Positions 26,377 through 38,087 of a stretch of 64,000 bases of DNA are shown in pieces. The stretch comes from Geosiphon pyriformis uo1. Its lineage: Eukaryota > Fungi > Glomeromycota. Position numbers and translations under genes: made by a program. Location: the NCBI GenBank assembly GCA_016748015.1, contig JAAOMT010000222.1:3924-67923 (forward strand), read 5' to 3'. The notes under the pieces were generated by a model. The model was not told the origin of the DNA, searched no databases, and saw only the letters and a program-made list of their open reading frames with translations. Positions within the stretch are counted from its first letter, which is position 1, and every line of letters starts with the position of its first letter.

Positions 26377-28234
26377 TTAGGTTTGTGGCATCCTTGACAA
26401 ACTGTCAGCATTGGTGTTCTTGGATCCTTCCTTGTAATAGACTTTGAGTGAGAATTGTTGCAGATAAGTACTTTATCTCGCATATTTTCCTTCTAGTTGT
26501 GGATTGTTGAGTAACCAAATAAGTCTTTTGTGGTTGGTATATAGGTCAAATGATTGACTGAGGTAATGTTTCCAAGTCTGTATGGCCCAATAAATGGTGA
26601 GACATTCCAGATCTGTTGTGTTCTAATTCTTTTCTGCTGGGCTAGTGCTGCAACTAGTGTAGGCAACTGGGTGTTCTCTATTGTCCAGTCTTATCTGTGA
26701 TAAGACTGCTTCTAGAGCATTTTTCAAGGCATCTGTAGTGACAATGAACCATTTAGTGAAATCTGGATAAATCAGAATTGGGGATGTGATCAATCGCTGC
26801 TTGAGATAGTCAAATACTTTCTATTGATCTTTTTTCCACAAGTACAGTATGTATTTGGACAACAATTGATGGAGTGGTTTTGCAATGTTCAAAAAACCTT
26901 TGACAAATCAACAATAATATCCTGCCAATCCTAGAAATTCTCATAATTCTCTAAGGTTGATTGGAGCTGAAAAATCCTTGACTTTTTGTACTTTATCTGG
27001 ATTGGGTTTAACTTTGTCCTTGCCGATTACATGTCCTAGGAATTTTAACTCAGTTTTTCCAAAGAAGCACTTCTCGGAATTGAGTTTTAATCCAGCACTA
27101 CGAAGGTGTTTGAAGACTTGTTACAGGTGGAGCAGATGGTCATCAAATGTTTCAGAGAACACATTTGTGTTATCTAAGTAAACTACTACTGATTTCCAAA
27201 GGATTCCTTTGTATACTACATCTATCAGGCATTGAAATGTGGCAGGAGCATTACAAAGTCCAAAAGGCATTATGTTAAACTTAAAGTTTTCGTCTTGAGT
27301 GGTAAACGCTGTTTTTTCTTTGTCTTTGGGGTCTATTTCAATTTGCCAGTAACCACTTGCTAAATCTAATGACAAGAACCATTTCTTTTTTCCTAGATCA
27401 TTCAGAATTTCCTAGATGAAGGGAGTAAGATAACTATCTTCTCGTGTGATGCTATTTAGTTTTTGATAATCTACACAGAATTGCACTTTTCCATTTTTTT
27501 TGGTGACCAAGACTACTGGAGAGGACCAAGGGCTTAACAATTCTTTGATTAGGTTATTATCAAGCATCTGTTGCACTTCTTGCTTAATTAAGTTATCGCC
27601 AGATGGGAGTATGTGGTAAGCTCTTTGCTTAATTGGTTAACCGTCTCCCATATCAATCTGATGCTTCACGATAGCAGTGCGTCCGAACTCATTTTCACTG
27701 GCAAAAACATCAACATACTGATTCAAAAAAACTTTGAATTGCATTTGTTGCAGGGTACTTAAATTTTCTAAATTCAATTTATTGATCTCTTCTGGTGTGA
27801 ACAAATAACTTTCTTTTGGCAAATTCTATACTTGTGAGGTAATGTCACAGAATAAAAATAATTGTGTGAAATCTGGAATGGACTGGGGTTTTTCAGGATT
27901 CTAAATATCTGCGGATATGAAACCGATGAGGGTTCCTTTGGGAATTTCAATAACATTTTCTATCAGATTGTGGATGGAGATTTTGAAGTGTTTATGGGCT
28001 TTGGCCGGTAGGTATAGATTAGCAACATTAGCTAGGAAACAGATTTTGGGACTGGCTTCGAATAACAGGGCTTGATCTTGGATCTTTCAATTCACCTTGA
28101 GGATGTATTGTCAGTATGAGGGAATGAAGATGATAGTGTTAGTGTTGATAAATTCTACCTGGTCACTGTCTTCTTCCATGAAATTAACTGGTACATTTCC
28201 TCTTCTATTTGATCCAAATCTGTTGATTCCTCAG
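26377..28234 (-). pseudogene. B pol 3' part (dUTPase end, linker, RT, RNase H)
   Basis: DLASGYWQI, MPFGLCNAPATFQ and YLDN. Ends NADSLSRMPQT-TAA. Confidence 0.9.
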
Positions 28235-29214
28235 TGTTACCAGAGGTTTCTGGTCTCCTTTTTTGAATGTTGTTGATGCCTGTTTGCTGTGAATTCACGT
28301 TTCCAGGAAGTAGTTGGACCTCCAGTAACTGAATTTATCTTCAAATTATCTCCTATAATTTGAACTTGCTGGGCTTATGAGTGGAATGGCCAATTCTGTG
28401 CCAGTTGCTTTATGTAGTTACGTTGTAGTAAACATCAACTCTTTCCCAGGAATTGCTCGTCTGGAAGCTCACTAAAAATGTGTAATTACTTTGCTGTAAA
28501 AGTCAACTCTTCTATAAAAATTTTGTCTGTAGGCTACTCTAATGATTATAGCAAGAAAATAAAAAGAAAATAAAAGAAATATAAAAGAAATAGAATTCTG
28601 TCAAGGGAAACATTTTTGATCCAGGCCTGGAGTCACTAACAGTTTATTGAAATTGGTAGCTAATCAATTTCAAAACATTAGTTGGGTTTTGAAAATTATT
28701 CCAAGTGCAATAATTAAAGAATTTGGTTTTTTGAATTATTTGATATTTATTTCTTTTTGTGTGTATAGGAATGGTTCTAAGTGATAAATCTAAAGTAAAA
28801 TATATTTTCTCGAAGAAAAAAGCTCTTCTTTTATACAACTTGTCATAACACTATTTTATGAACTTGAACTTTGCTATTTTTTACAATTTCGCTAAACTAA
28901 AGATACATTTTGGTGAACTACAAGTTATTTCTGCAAACTATTAGATATTTTGGTGAACTATCAATTATTTCGGCAAATTTCTACAAATTTCGGCAAACTT
29001 TTGAATGTTACATAGTTCGGGGTATTGCATGATTGATCATTGCAATTAGATTACATTTGTGTTGTGTACAAATTGGATTATTAATTAAATGATAATTTCA
29101 GACATTTTGCTAATGTAATAAGTGATAATTTGAAATGATAATATATGCTAATTAATGATAGAAATTATAAGATAATTTCATGCTAAATAATATCTCTAAT
29201 TTTGTTTGGTAACA
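28235..29214 (-). repeat. 3' LTR of C (980 bp)
   Basis: TGTTACCAG...TTGGTAACA. Matches 37109-38087. Confidence 0.96.
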
Positions 29215-29860
29215 TAACCTTCTCCTTAAGACTAAGTTCCGTTGAAGTCCAAATACTGTCTGTTATTTCCAGATAATAATCCAAAATTATTGAAAAAATT
29301 TGGTCTGAAAATTGTTGAAATTTCAGTTCTGTGAGCTTTCCAATGTATTGAATCTTCAAAGGTTGAAAAATTGGGTTTTGTAGTATGTTTTCACAGGTGT
29401 GAAATAGGTCATAAAGTCTAAGAGCAGCTTTGAGCCTGTAGCGACTGTTTGTTGATCCAGCTGTTGTTTTGAATTCATTGTGGAGTTGTTTCTGAATGGC
29501 TTCTTTTGTGAGGTTTGCTGTTGTAAGTTCTAGTTTTCGTTCATAGAGTGTTTTTCCAATGTGGAAATATCTATAAATTGGAGGATATTCAGTGTTTTCC
29601 TCCTTGAAACACAGTTGAAGTCTTTGTTGAATTGTAGTATTTGGTAGAATACTAATTAGAATGAGCATTAGGTTTTCTCTTAAAGCAAGCTTTAAAAGTT
29701 CTGGCAGGTGAATTCCAGAATAACTTCTTGTGTTTTTCTTATATGGATGATATTTTCGTGAATTTGGGGCTAAATTTGTAACTACTTCTGTTTGGGTATA
29801 ATTAATGTGGTTTCCAGTAACAATAATGGATAATTTGGGTATTGTTTTTAAAGCTAACAT
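29183..29860 (-). CDS. accessory ORF3 of C, 225 aa open (likely original start ATG 29902, now followed by a TAA); unknown function, overlaps PPT and 3' LTR
   Basis: Uninterrupted ORF with homologues in A, B and at about 47870-48280. No signal peptide or transmembrane segment is visible. Confidence 0.8.
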   Translation of the reverse strand: MLALKTIPKLSIIVTGNHINYTQTEVVTNLAPNSRKYHPYKKNTRSYSGIHLPELLKLALRENLMLILISILPNTTIQQRLQLCFKEENTEYPPIYRYFHIGKTLYERKLELTTANLTKEAIQKQLHNEFKTTAGSTNSRYRLKAALRLYDLFHTCENILQNPIFQPLKIQYIGKLTELKFQQFSDQIFSIILDYYLEITDSIWTSTELSLKEKVMLPNKIRDII

Positions 29861-30008
29861 TAGTTTTTGGAATAATTGTTGAATGTTTTAAAGAATAGTC
29901 ATTATAAGAGATTTGAAATAAAAGAAAATTATTTTTGGTGTATGGGTTTTTATGTTATTTTTGTTTTGATTGTTTTTAAATTATAAGGGAATAACTAGTA
30001 AAATTAGA

Positions 30009-31394
30009 TTAAGTGTTCAGGTTAAAAGATTGTTCAATGACAACTATTGGTTCTAAGTTTCGGGGAATATCTTCAGGATTAATTAAAAGGGAATGTGTAC
30101 CAATTTGTAGAATTAATAGTTCAGGATTGTTTCTGGAATGATAGTGTTTCAAATAATCTCCATGTGCAACTTTTGCTAGGATTTTGTCATTAAGTCTTAG
30201 CTTGTATGATCCATTGCCTAGGACTTCATGAATAAAGAATGGTCCATCCCATTTATTTTCAAATTTTCCACTCCATTGTTTTTCAGCTTTAGTTCTGTAT
30301 AAGAGAACTTTGTTTCTGATTTTAAATTCATTGGTAACTGGAGGCAATTTGTCATCATGCCGTTCTTTTTGTTGAGCTTGGAAGTGTTTAATATGGGTGG
30401 CTGCTATTCATTGTTTTCCTTCCAATGTACTAAGCAGAGTGTAGGCTCTTCGCTGAAGTGTTTCTTGGAAATTGTTTTTATCAATTGGTTGTGCTGGGTA
30501 TGTTTCTACTGTGAAACTAATTGGTAATGTTGCTGTCTTTCCGTAAATTAAATCAAATGGTGTGTGTTTTGTGGTATCTTGTTTTAGTGTTTTGTACGCT
30601 AGCAACACTGATGGAATAAAGATATCCCACTCTTGCTCAAAATTAGTTGAGACTTTAGCTAATGACTCACACAATGTTCTGTTAAAATGTTCCACAAGTC
30701 CATTTGTTTGTGGATGGTAAGGCAAAGACAGAGGTCTTTTGACATTGAATTATTCGCAAATTTTTTGTATCAGGTTGTTTACAAAGTGTGTCCCCTGATC
30801 AGATAAAAGTTCAATTGGACATCCATGTCTACAAATGATGTCTTCATAGATAAAATTTGCTACTGATTTCACATCTGCTCATTGAATGGCTCTGGCTTCG
30901 GGTCATTTAGTAAGATAGTCTACAACTACTGCAATATAACAGTTTCTTTGAGTGGTGATAGATAGTGGTCTGACTAAATTGATACCAACTCAGTCAAAGG
31001 GGTGTCCAACTTTGATTGGATTTAATGGTTCAGTAGGGCGTGTTCCTCCTTTTTTTTGACAACTATTACAAGATTCGACATATTCGTGAATGTCTTTCCT
31101 TATTCGAGGCCAAAAGTAGTATTCTAGTGTTCTTTGGGTAGTACTATCTTTTCCAAAGTGTACTGATGAAGGATCTGAGTGCATGTTGTATAATATGGTC
31201 TCTTTTTCCTGTTCTTGTATTAATCTGAGTGGTTTGTTTGGGTTTTTGAAATTTCGATAATAAATAATGTTGTTGTGTAGAAAATATTGTTTGGCTTGTT
31301 GTTGTAGTCAATGTTTTTCATCTGGAGACCAATCTGTTGGGATTGTTAATGTTTCTAAATATTGTTTGAGATTGTTGTAGTTTTCCGAATTCAT
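30009..31394 (-). pseudogene. integrase of C
   Basis: MHSDPSSVHFG...SCNSCQKKG, PYHPQTNGLVE and KWDGPF...GNGSYKL. ATG at 31394. Confidence 0.92.
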
Positions 31395-31445
31395 TGTTTG
31401 TTGGTTGTTTTAATTGGTTAAGTTGAGTGTTGGTTTTTGTGTTTT

Positions 31446-34400
31446 CTAATTTTGTCTCATTCTGGAGAGACAGTCAACATTGGTGTGGAGTTTTCCTGGT
31501 TTGTAATATACTATGTATCGATAGTTTGCTAAAAATTCTGTTCATCTGGTTTGTTTGGTGTTCAGCTGAGTGTTTTTGTTTTGTAATCATTTGAGTTCAA
31601 TATTATCAGTGATAATATCAAATTTTTTAGGTCTGAGATAAAGGTTGAAGTGGTGTAGGGCCCAAATTATGGCTGCTGTTTCTAGTTTTGTGGTAGGGTA
31701 GTTTTTCTTAGCTGGTTTTAATGTTTTGCTAGCATAAGCAATTACTCACTCATTCCCGTTGTCATCTAGTTATAATAAGATGGCACCAAAGACAGTATAT
31801 GAAGCATTTGTAGCTAGTTGAAATTGGTTGCTGAAATCCAGGTAGGCAAGAATTGGAGCTGTTGTCAGTTTTTTCGAGAATTTCAAAAGCTTTTTGGTGT
31901 TCGGTAGTCCATTTGTATTCAACATTTTTGGTGGTGAGCTGGTTGAGGGGTTTTGCAATTTCCGAGAATCCTTTGATAAACTTCCAATAGTAGGATGCTA
32001 ATCCTATGAATTCTCTTAGTTCTGTAGTGTTTCGAGGAGTTTTGAAGTTTTTGACAATGCTGATTTTTCTAGGGTCCGGTTTGATTCTATCTTTACTAAC
32101 AATATGCCCAAGGAAGGCCAAGCTTGTTTTTTCAAAGTAGCATTTTTTGATGTTGAGTTTTAGTCCTGCTTTTTGTAATCATTGAAAAACTTTTCACAGG
32201 TGTTTTAAGTATAATTCGAATGATAGAAAATAAACATCAGTATTGTCAAAATAAATGACTACTGACTTCCAAAGAAGTCCTTGGTACACAACATCCATTA
32301 ATCTCTGAAATGTTGCTGGTGCATTGCATAATCCAAAAGGCATTACATTAAACTCGTAATTTCTGCCTTGGGTGGTAAATGCTGTTTTGGGGTGATCTTT
32401 GGGATCCATAGCAACTTGCCAGTAACCGCTTTCTAAATCTAGTGTTGAAAAGTATTTGGATTTTCTAAGGGCATCTAACATGTCATCAATCTGGGGAAGG
32501 GGGTAGGCATCTCTAATTGTAACACTGTTGAGTTGTCAATAGTCAACACAAAATTGGATTTTTCCATTTTTCTTTTTAACTAACACTACAGGTAAAGCCC
32601 AAGGACTCATGGAGGGTTGGATGAGCCTATTGTTAAGCATTCATTGTACTTCTTCTCAGATGAATTGGTGGCTTTCTGGAGCAACTCGATATGCTTGTTG
32701 TCTTCTTGGTTTGGCATCTTTTGTATAAATTTAGTGTTGGACCAAATCAGTTTTTTCTAAGTCATTGTTGTTTTCAGCAAAAATATCAGCAAATTCTGCA
32801 ATTAGCTCTTTGAGCTGGGTCTGTTGTTGTGGTTCAAGTTGTTCCATGTTGATTCAAGATAGTTTTTCCATGACAACATGGTAGTTTTCAGAGCTGGGAT
32901 TTGGGTTGATTTTTGGTAGTGAATGTCCAATAATTTCAGAAAAATTGGGAACTGTTTGGGGTAATTTTTGTTGAAATATATTACTGTGAATAACTCCAAT
33001 TTCTAAATTATTTAATAAAATTATGGGGTAATTATTGGGGTTGTAAAAAGTAACTTGGACTTTCTTTGTTCCTTCTGAAATATAAATGTTTGTGATCGAA
33101 ATATTATGTTCCAAGCAGACTTGTTCATTGGACTCAAAAATTTGTTGTGTGGTTGTTGGCTTTGGGCAGATGTAGATTTCCGGATGTTCTCCAAAGGGTG
33201 AGATGGTAATTGGTTGTGGAAGTTTGAGAATCTGGTGAGATTCATTCTGTGTGTTAAAAGCTATATTAACTGGAACTGTGAATCGTCCAGTTGAACCAAA
33301 ATCTTGGGTTTCTCTATTGCTTTTTCCTAATTGTTTTCTTTGATTGACTAGTTGCAAACCTGAAATGTTGATTAGGGGTAGGTAAATAGCTTGGGCAATT
33401 TTTTCAGCATGTTCAATCTTGAATGGTTTGTCAGTTTCATTTTGAAGCATCACTGTAATGTCTCCAGTATATCCAGCATCGATTATTCCTCCTTTAACAT
33501 TGATTCCTTTGCTTGCCAGAGAGAATCAGGAGGTAATTTGAACCATTGCTCCTGGCAGAATTTTGAGTGCAATTTTAAGGTTGATTTTTGTGAGAGATTT
33601 GGGTTGGAAAACAAGAGTATCTTTATTTGGATATCTTAGGTCATATCTAGCATCAATTTCGTGTGCTTTTTTGGGTTTTATTCCTTGTCCATTGTTGTTG
33701 AAGTATTTAAGTTGTAAAGCAGGCTGATTTTCAATGAGGTAGATGGGTGTTGTTTTAATTTCTTCTGTTGCTTCAGGTTCTCCAAATTCAATTTTGTTCT
33801 CATTATTTTTGCTGGGCAAGAGAATACTAAAAGTGTAGCATTTAGGACACCACTGTTTATCACAAGGCATAATGCATTCTTCATATAGCCTAATGTTTAT
33901 TTGCTCTAATCATTGAATTTGAGCTTCTTAGGTTGAGTAGGTGTGACTTGCAATTTGGTGGTAGACTTCTACTTCATCTTCATAATTGAATCCAGCTAAT
34001 TCTATAGTGTATTCAATATATTTTGCTTCCTTCATTTGACAAACATCTTCTTTGGTAGCTCTATTAATTAATGCCATTGCTAGGTCAAAAATCATCTCGG
34101 CATCATGGGAGTAGTGATAAAGTTTGTTGAAAGCACTGTTGTATGCTGCATTAAAAGGTGTTCCTCTTTTGACTTTTTCTGAAATTGATAAAGCATATTG
34201 GCAGATTTGATCGCAGACTCCTCCTCTCATTGCTATATCAATCCAATTGCATTCTTCTGGTAGTATATTTCCACAAGTCAAACAAGGGGTGTTGTCCTAT
34301 TTTTTGCTTCTTTTTATTAGATGGCCTCATCGTTCTCTGTGACAAGTCTTGTAGTAATAACAAGTATGATTTTCATATTCTTTTTCAGGTGAAATGCAGG

Positions 34401-37065
34401 CTCTCATTAACGATAGTTTTTTGTGGTAGTCTTTACATTTAAGGGGAATATAGAGGCATTGTTTCTTTGGTTCAGGTTTTGAGTAAGAGATATTCCATTC
34501 AGAGGTTTTGGGTTCAGAGTGTGGGGTAAAATGTTCTTGTTCCATTTCATTGGCCCAGTTGGACGTTGATCCAAGAGCCATGAATGTTTCAATGTGGGGT
34601 TTTTCCTCTTCCAGTTCGAATTCAAAAGCCGGGGCTTTTTCAGAGTGTTTGTTGAATGTACCATAAGTGGCAGATACCTGGGTGTGTTGTCCTTGGTAGG
34701 AGATTGTTAACTCTTGTGTTTCCCAATTCAGATTAACATTGGATTTTTGAAGCCAATCATTTCTGACAAGAGCTTGATACTGGGATGCATTCATTACAAA
34801 AACTTTGACTGGAATGGTGATTCCATCAAGAGTGAACAGAAAATTGTCAATTTCTTCTACTGGGGTCTTTTTCATGCCATTGGCAGTAATGATTACTGTT
34901 TGAGCTGGTCAGTCAACATTTCTCTTTAACTGTTGCATTAACTGGTAAGTGATAATGCTTCTGGCAGATCCACTGTCTAGGATCAAGTGAATTGTTTTTC
35001 CTTCGACTTCTGCTTCAGTGTATATAGCCGTGATTGCTTTTTGTTCATTGGCGGCTGCATTGCTAAGCAGAAATGATGACTCATTTGCTTCGAACTCAAA
35101 AGGGAATATATCTAAAAGGCTAGCATTTTCAGCAATTCTGGCTGGTGGGATTGTGATGAGAGTATAGGAAAGGTTTTGTTGTTGTGCTGCAGCTCTATCT
35201 TCCGAGGGTGCAGTATAGTGAAAATTTTGTTCTTCTGGTATTGTTAAATAACTGGATTGAGTGTGGTAGTGGTTGGGTCTTGGTTGAGTGAAATTTCGGG
35301 GAACTAATTGGTTGTTTAAACTGATTCTATTGTTGTTTACTTGGTATCAGTTTTGTGGTGTGAATTGATTTTGTGTAGTCAGTCTTCGAGCAGGTACTTG
35401 ATAATGTTGTGTGGGTGGTTGTTGGTATTGCTGTTGGATTGGCTGTGAGGCAGGCTGATAATAGTTATTTTGGTATTGGAGTCTTGGTGGATAGTAAGCT
35501 GGTAGTGGTGGTTGATAATAAGATTGCTGTAGTGGAGGATAACATTGATTACTCATATTTTGTTGGTCTCATTGTAGCTTTCTGCAATCTCTTTTCTAGT
35601 GGCCAGAGATTCCACAGTAATGGCAATTTTGAAGCTAGTTATTGGAAAGTGGTGCAAAGTTATTTTGATTTCGTCTTTGGGGTGGTTGATATCTTTGGGG
35701 TTGCTGTTGTTGTTGATTGGTGAAATAGTTTTCAACCTTCTTTGTGAGTTGGTCAATTTTTTCCTTAGCTGCTGAGCTGGTTTTTCCAATTGCCAAATTT
35801 ACAAGTTTTGTGCGATTGGCCTTTTCCATAGTCATTTTGTATCTTTTTACATGCTGTATAGCAGAGTTTAAATTTTTTGGCACATGTGGGCAAACCTTTT
35901 TAATTAGTTTATCTTTTAAACCAGCAATAAATTGATCCAAGATTTGAGCATCAGAATAATAATTGTTTGTTTCAAGTTGGCGAATTTGTCTGAGAAGTTT
36001 GTTGAATTTTCCAATATAAGTCATAACAGATTCAGAGGGTTCTTATTTGATATTTCGAAAACAATTGTGAAAGGTGATGGAAGTATTATTGTCAATGAAC
36101 TGTTCAAGGAAGGCTGCTTTGAAAGCATTCCAATCATTGAATGGAGTGGCCAAGTTTTCAAACCATTCTCCTGCTGTTCTTTTGAGAAAGTAGGGAATTG
36201 TTCTTAACATTCTGACAGCATTCTATCTATTTGCATCTCCAGCTTTAGTAACCTGGTCAAGCCATTCTTGGGGACTGGTCTTAATGTCTTTTCCATTAAA
36301 TTCTGGAATTTTTGTGATGTATGTTGTTATTTCGTCTTTTTTATTTTCACTGTCTATTGATTTTTCTTCAGATATTTCAGATTTGTTTTTTTCGTTCACT
36401 GCTGTCTCAGAGTGTTTACTTTGATTTTCAGCTAGAAAGTCAAAGAGATTGGAACTAGTTTGAAGGGGTTCTTGTTGTCTGATGAGACTTCTAAGTGATG
36501 TAAAATCTTCTGGTCTTGCAAATCAATTCAAGAGTAAATTAGGCATTTGTGTTTGTGCAAGTAAAGCTGGAAAAAGTGTGATAGTAAGTGGAAGTTTTGA
36601 ACTGGTTTCTTGTTCATATGTTTGTAAATGTTTGGCAGTTGTTTTTGGTAGTGTTGGAGTATTTGGGGTGGTTTTTGAGTATTGCTTCAATTTGTTTTTG
36701 CCTTTGTTGCTTGTTTTTGTTTCTGATTCAAAATCAATAGAGTATTGAGACTGCACTGAATATGTTTCTTCACAGTATTTGATAATGTTAAAATTAAGTT
36801 CGTGAAAGTAAGTGCCAAGTGTTTCACTGTTAAGGTCTTCAGTTCCCAACTGTGAATAGTGTGCTAAATTATTGTAAAGGTTGCTTCTAACTTCTGAGAT
36901 ATTGTAATTTCCAAAAAGATAATTGTTGATGCAGTTTTCAATGTATTGGTATACTGATTTCTTGACAACTTCAATTCCATCTGGAATGTTGAATCTTTGC
37001 TTGCAGTGGGTGTAAATTGATTAGTAATACTTTAGAGTTGTTGCATCTGGTGTAGTCACCACTTT
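31446..37065 (-). pseudogene. gag-pol of C (gag, protease, Cys-rich domain, dUTPase, RT, RNase H)
   Basis: Collinear with A. LILDSGSA at about 34970, dUTPase at 33290-33680, RT at 32194-32600. Confidence 0.93.
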
Positions 37066-37090
37066 GAATTTTGTTGTTGCTGTGTTATTT

Positions 37091-37108
37091 CCATGGGAGA
37101 GCACCAAA
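37091..37108 (-). promoter_or_regulatory. primer-binding site of C
   Basis: TT-TGGTGCTCTCCCATGG directly after the 5' LTR. Confidence 0.85.
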
Positions 37109-38087
37109 TATTACCAGAGGTTTTTGGTCTCCTTTCTTGAATGTTGTTGATGCCTGTTTGCTGTGAATTCACGTTTCCAGGAAGTAGTTGGACCTCCAGT
37201 AACTGAATTTATCTTCAAATTATCTCCTATAATTTGAACTTGCTGGGTTTATGAATAGAATGGCCAATTCCATGCCAGTTGCTTTATGTAGTTACATTGT
37301 AGTAAATGTCAACTCTTTCCCAGGAATTGCTCGTCTGGAAGCTCACTAAAAATGTGTAGTTACTTTGCTGTGAAAGTTAACTCTTCTATAGAAATCTTGT
37401 CTGTAGGCTACCCTAATGATTATAGTAAGAAAATAAAAAGAAAATAAAAGAAATATAAAAGAAATAAAATTCTGTCAAGGGAAACGTTTTCGATCCAGGC
37501 CTGGAGTTACTAACAGTTTATTGAAATTGGTAGCTAATCAATTTCAAAACGTTAGTTGGGTTTTGAAAATTATTCCAAGTGCAATAATTAAAGAATTTGG
37601 TTTTTTGAATTATTTGATATTTATTTCTTTTTGTGTGTATAAGAATGGTTCTAAGTGATAAATCTAAAGTAAGATACATTTTCTCAAAAAGAGAAGTTTT
37701 TCTTTTATACAACTTGTCGTAACACTATTCTATGAACTTGAACTTTGCTATTTTTACAATTTCACTAAACTAAAGATACATTTTGGCAAACTACAAGTTA
37801 TTTCTGCGAACTATTAGATATTTCAGTGAACTATCAATTATTTTGGCGAATTTCTACAAATTTTGGCAAACTTTTGAATGTTATATAGTTTGAGGTATTG
37901 CATGATTGATCATCACAATTAGGTTACATTTGTGTTGTGTACAAATTGGGTTATTAATTAAATAATAATTTTGGACATTTTGCTAATGTAATAAGTGATA
38001 ATTTGAAATGATAATATATGCTAATTAATGATAGGAATTATAAGATAATTTTATGCTAAATAATATCTCTAATTTCATTTGGTAACA
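37109..38087 (-). repeat. 5' LTR of C (979 bp)
   Basis: Terminal TG has decayed to TA at 37109. The other end is GGTAACA. Confidence 0.95.

Larger units (their letters stand above)
28235..38087 (-). mobile_element. Ty3/Gypsy element C, full length, inserted into the dUTPase of B; TSD TCAG/TCGG
   Basis: LTRs at 28235-29214 and 37109-38087, PBS 37091-37108, PPT 29215-29230. The flanks rejoin as EELILTAR|GINRFGS (dUTPase motif V). Confidence 0.96.
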
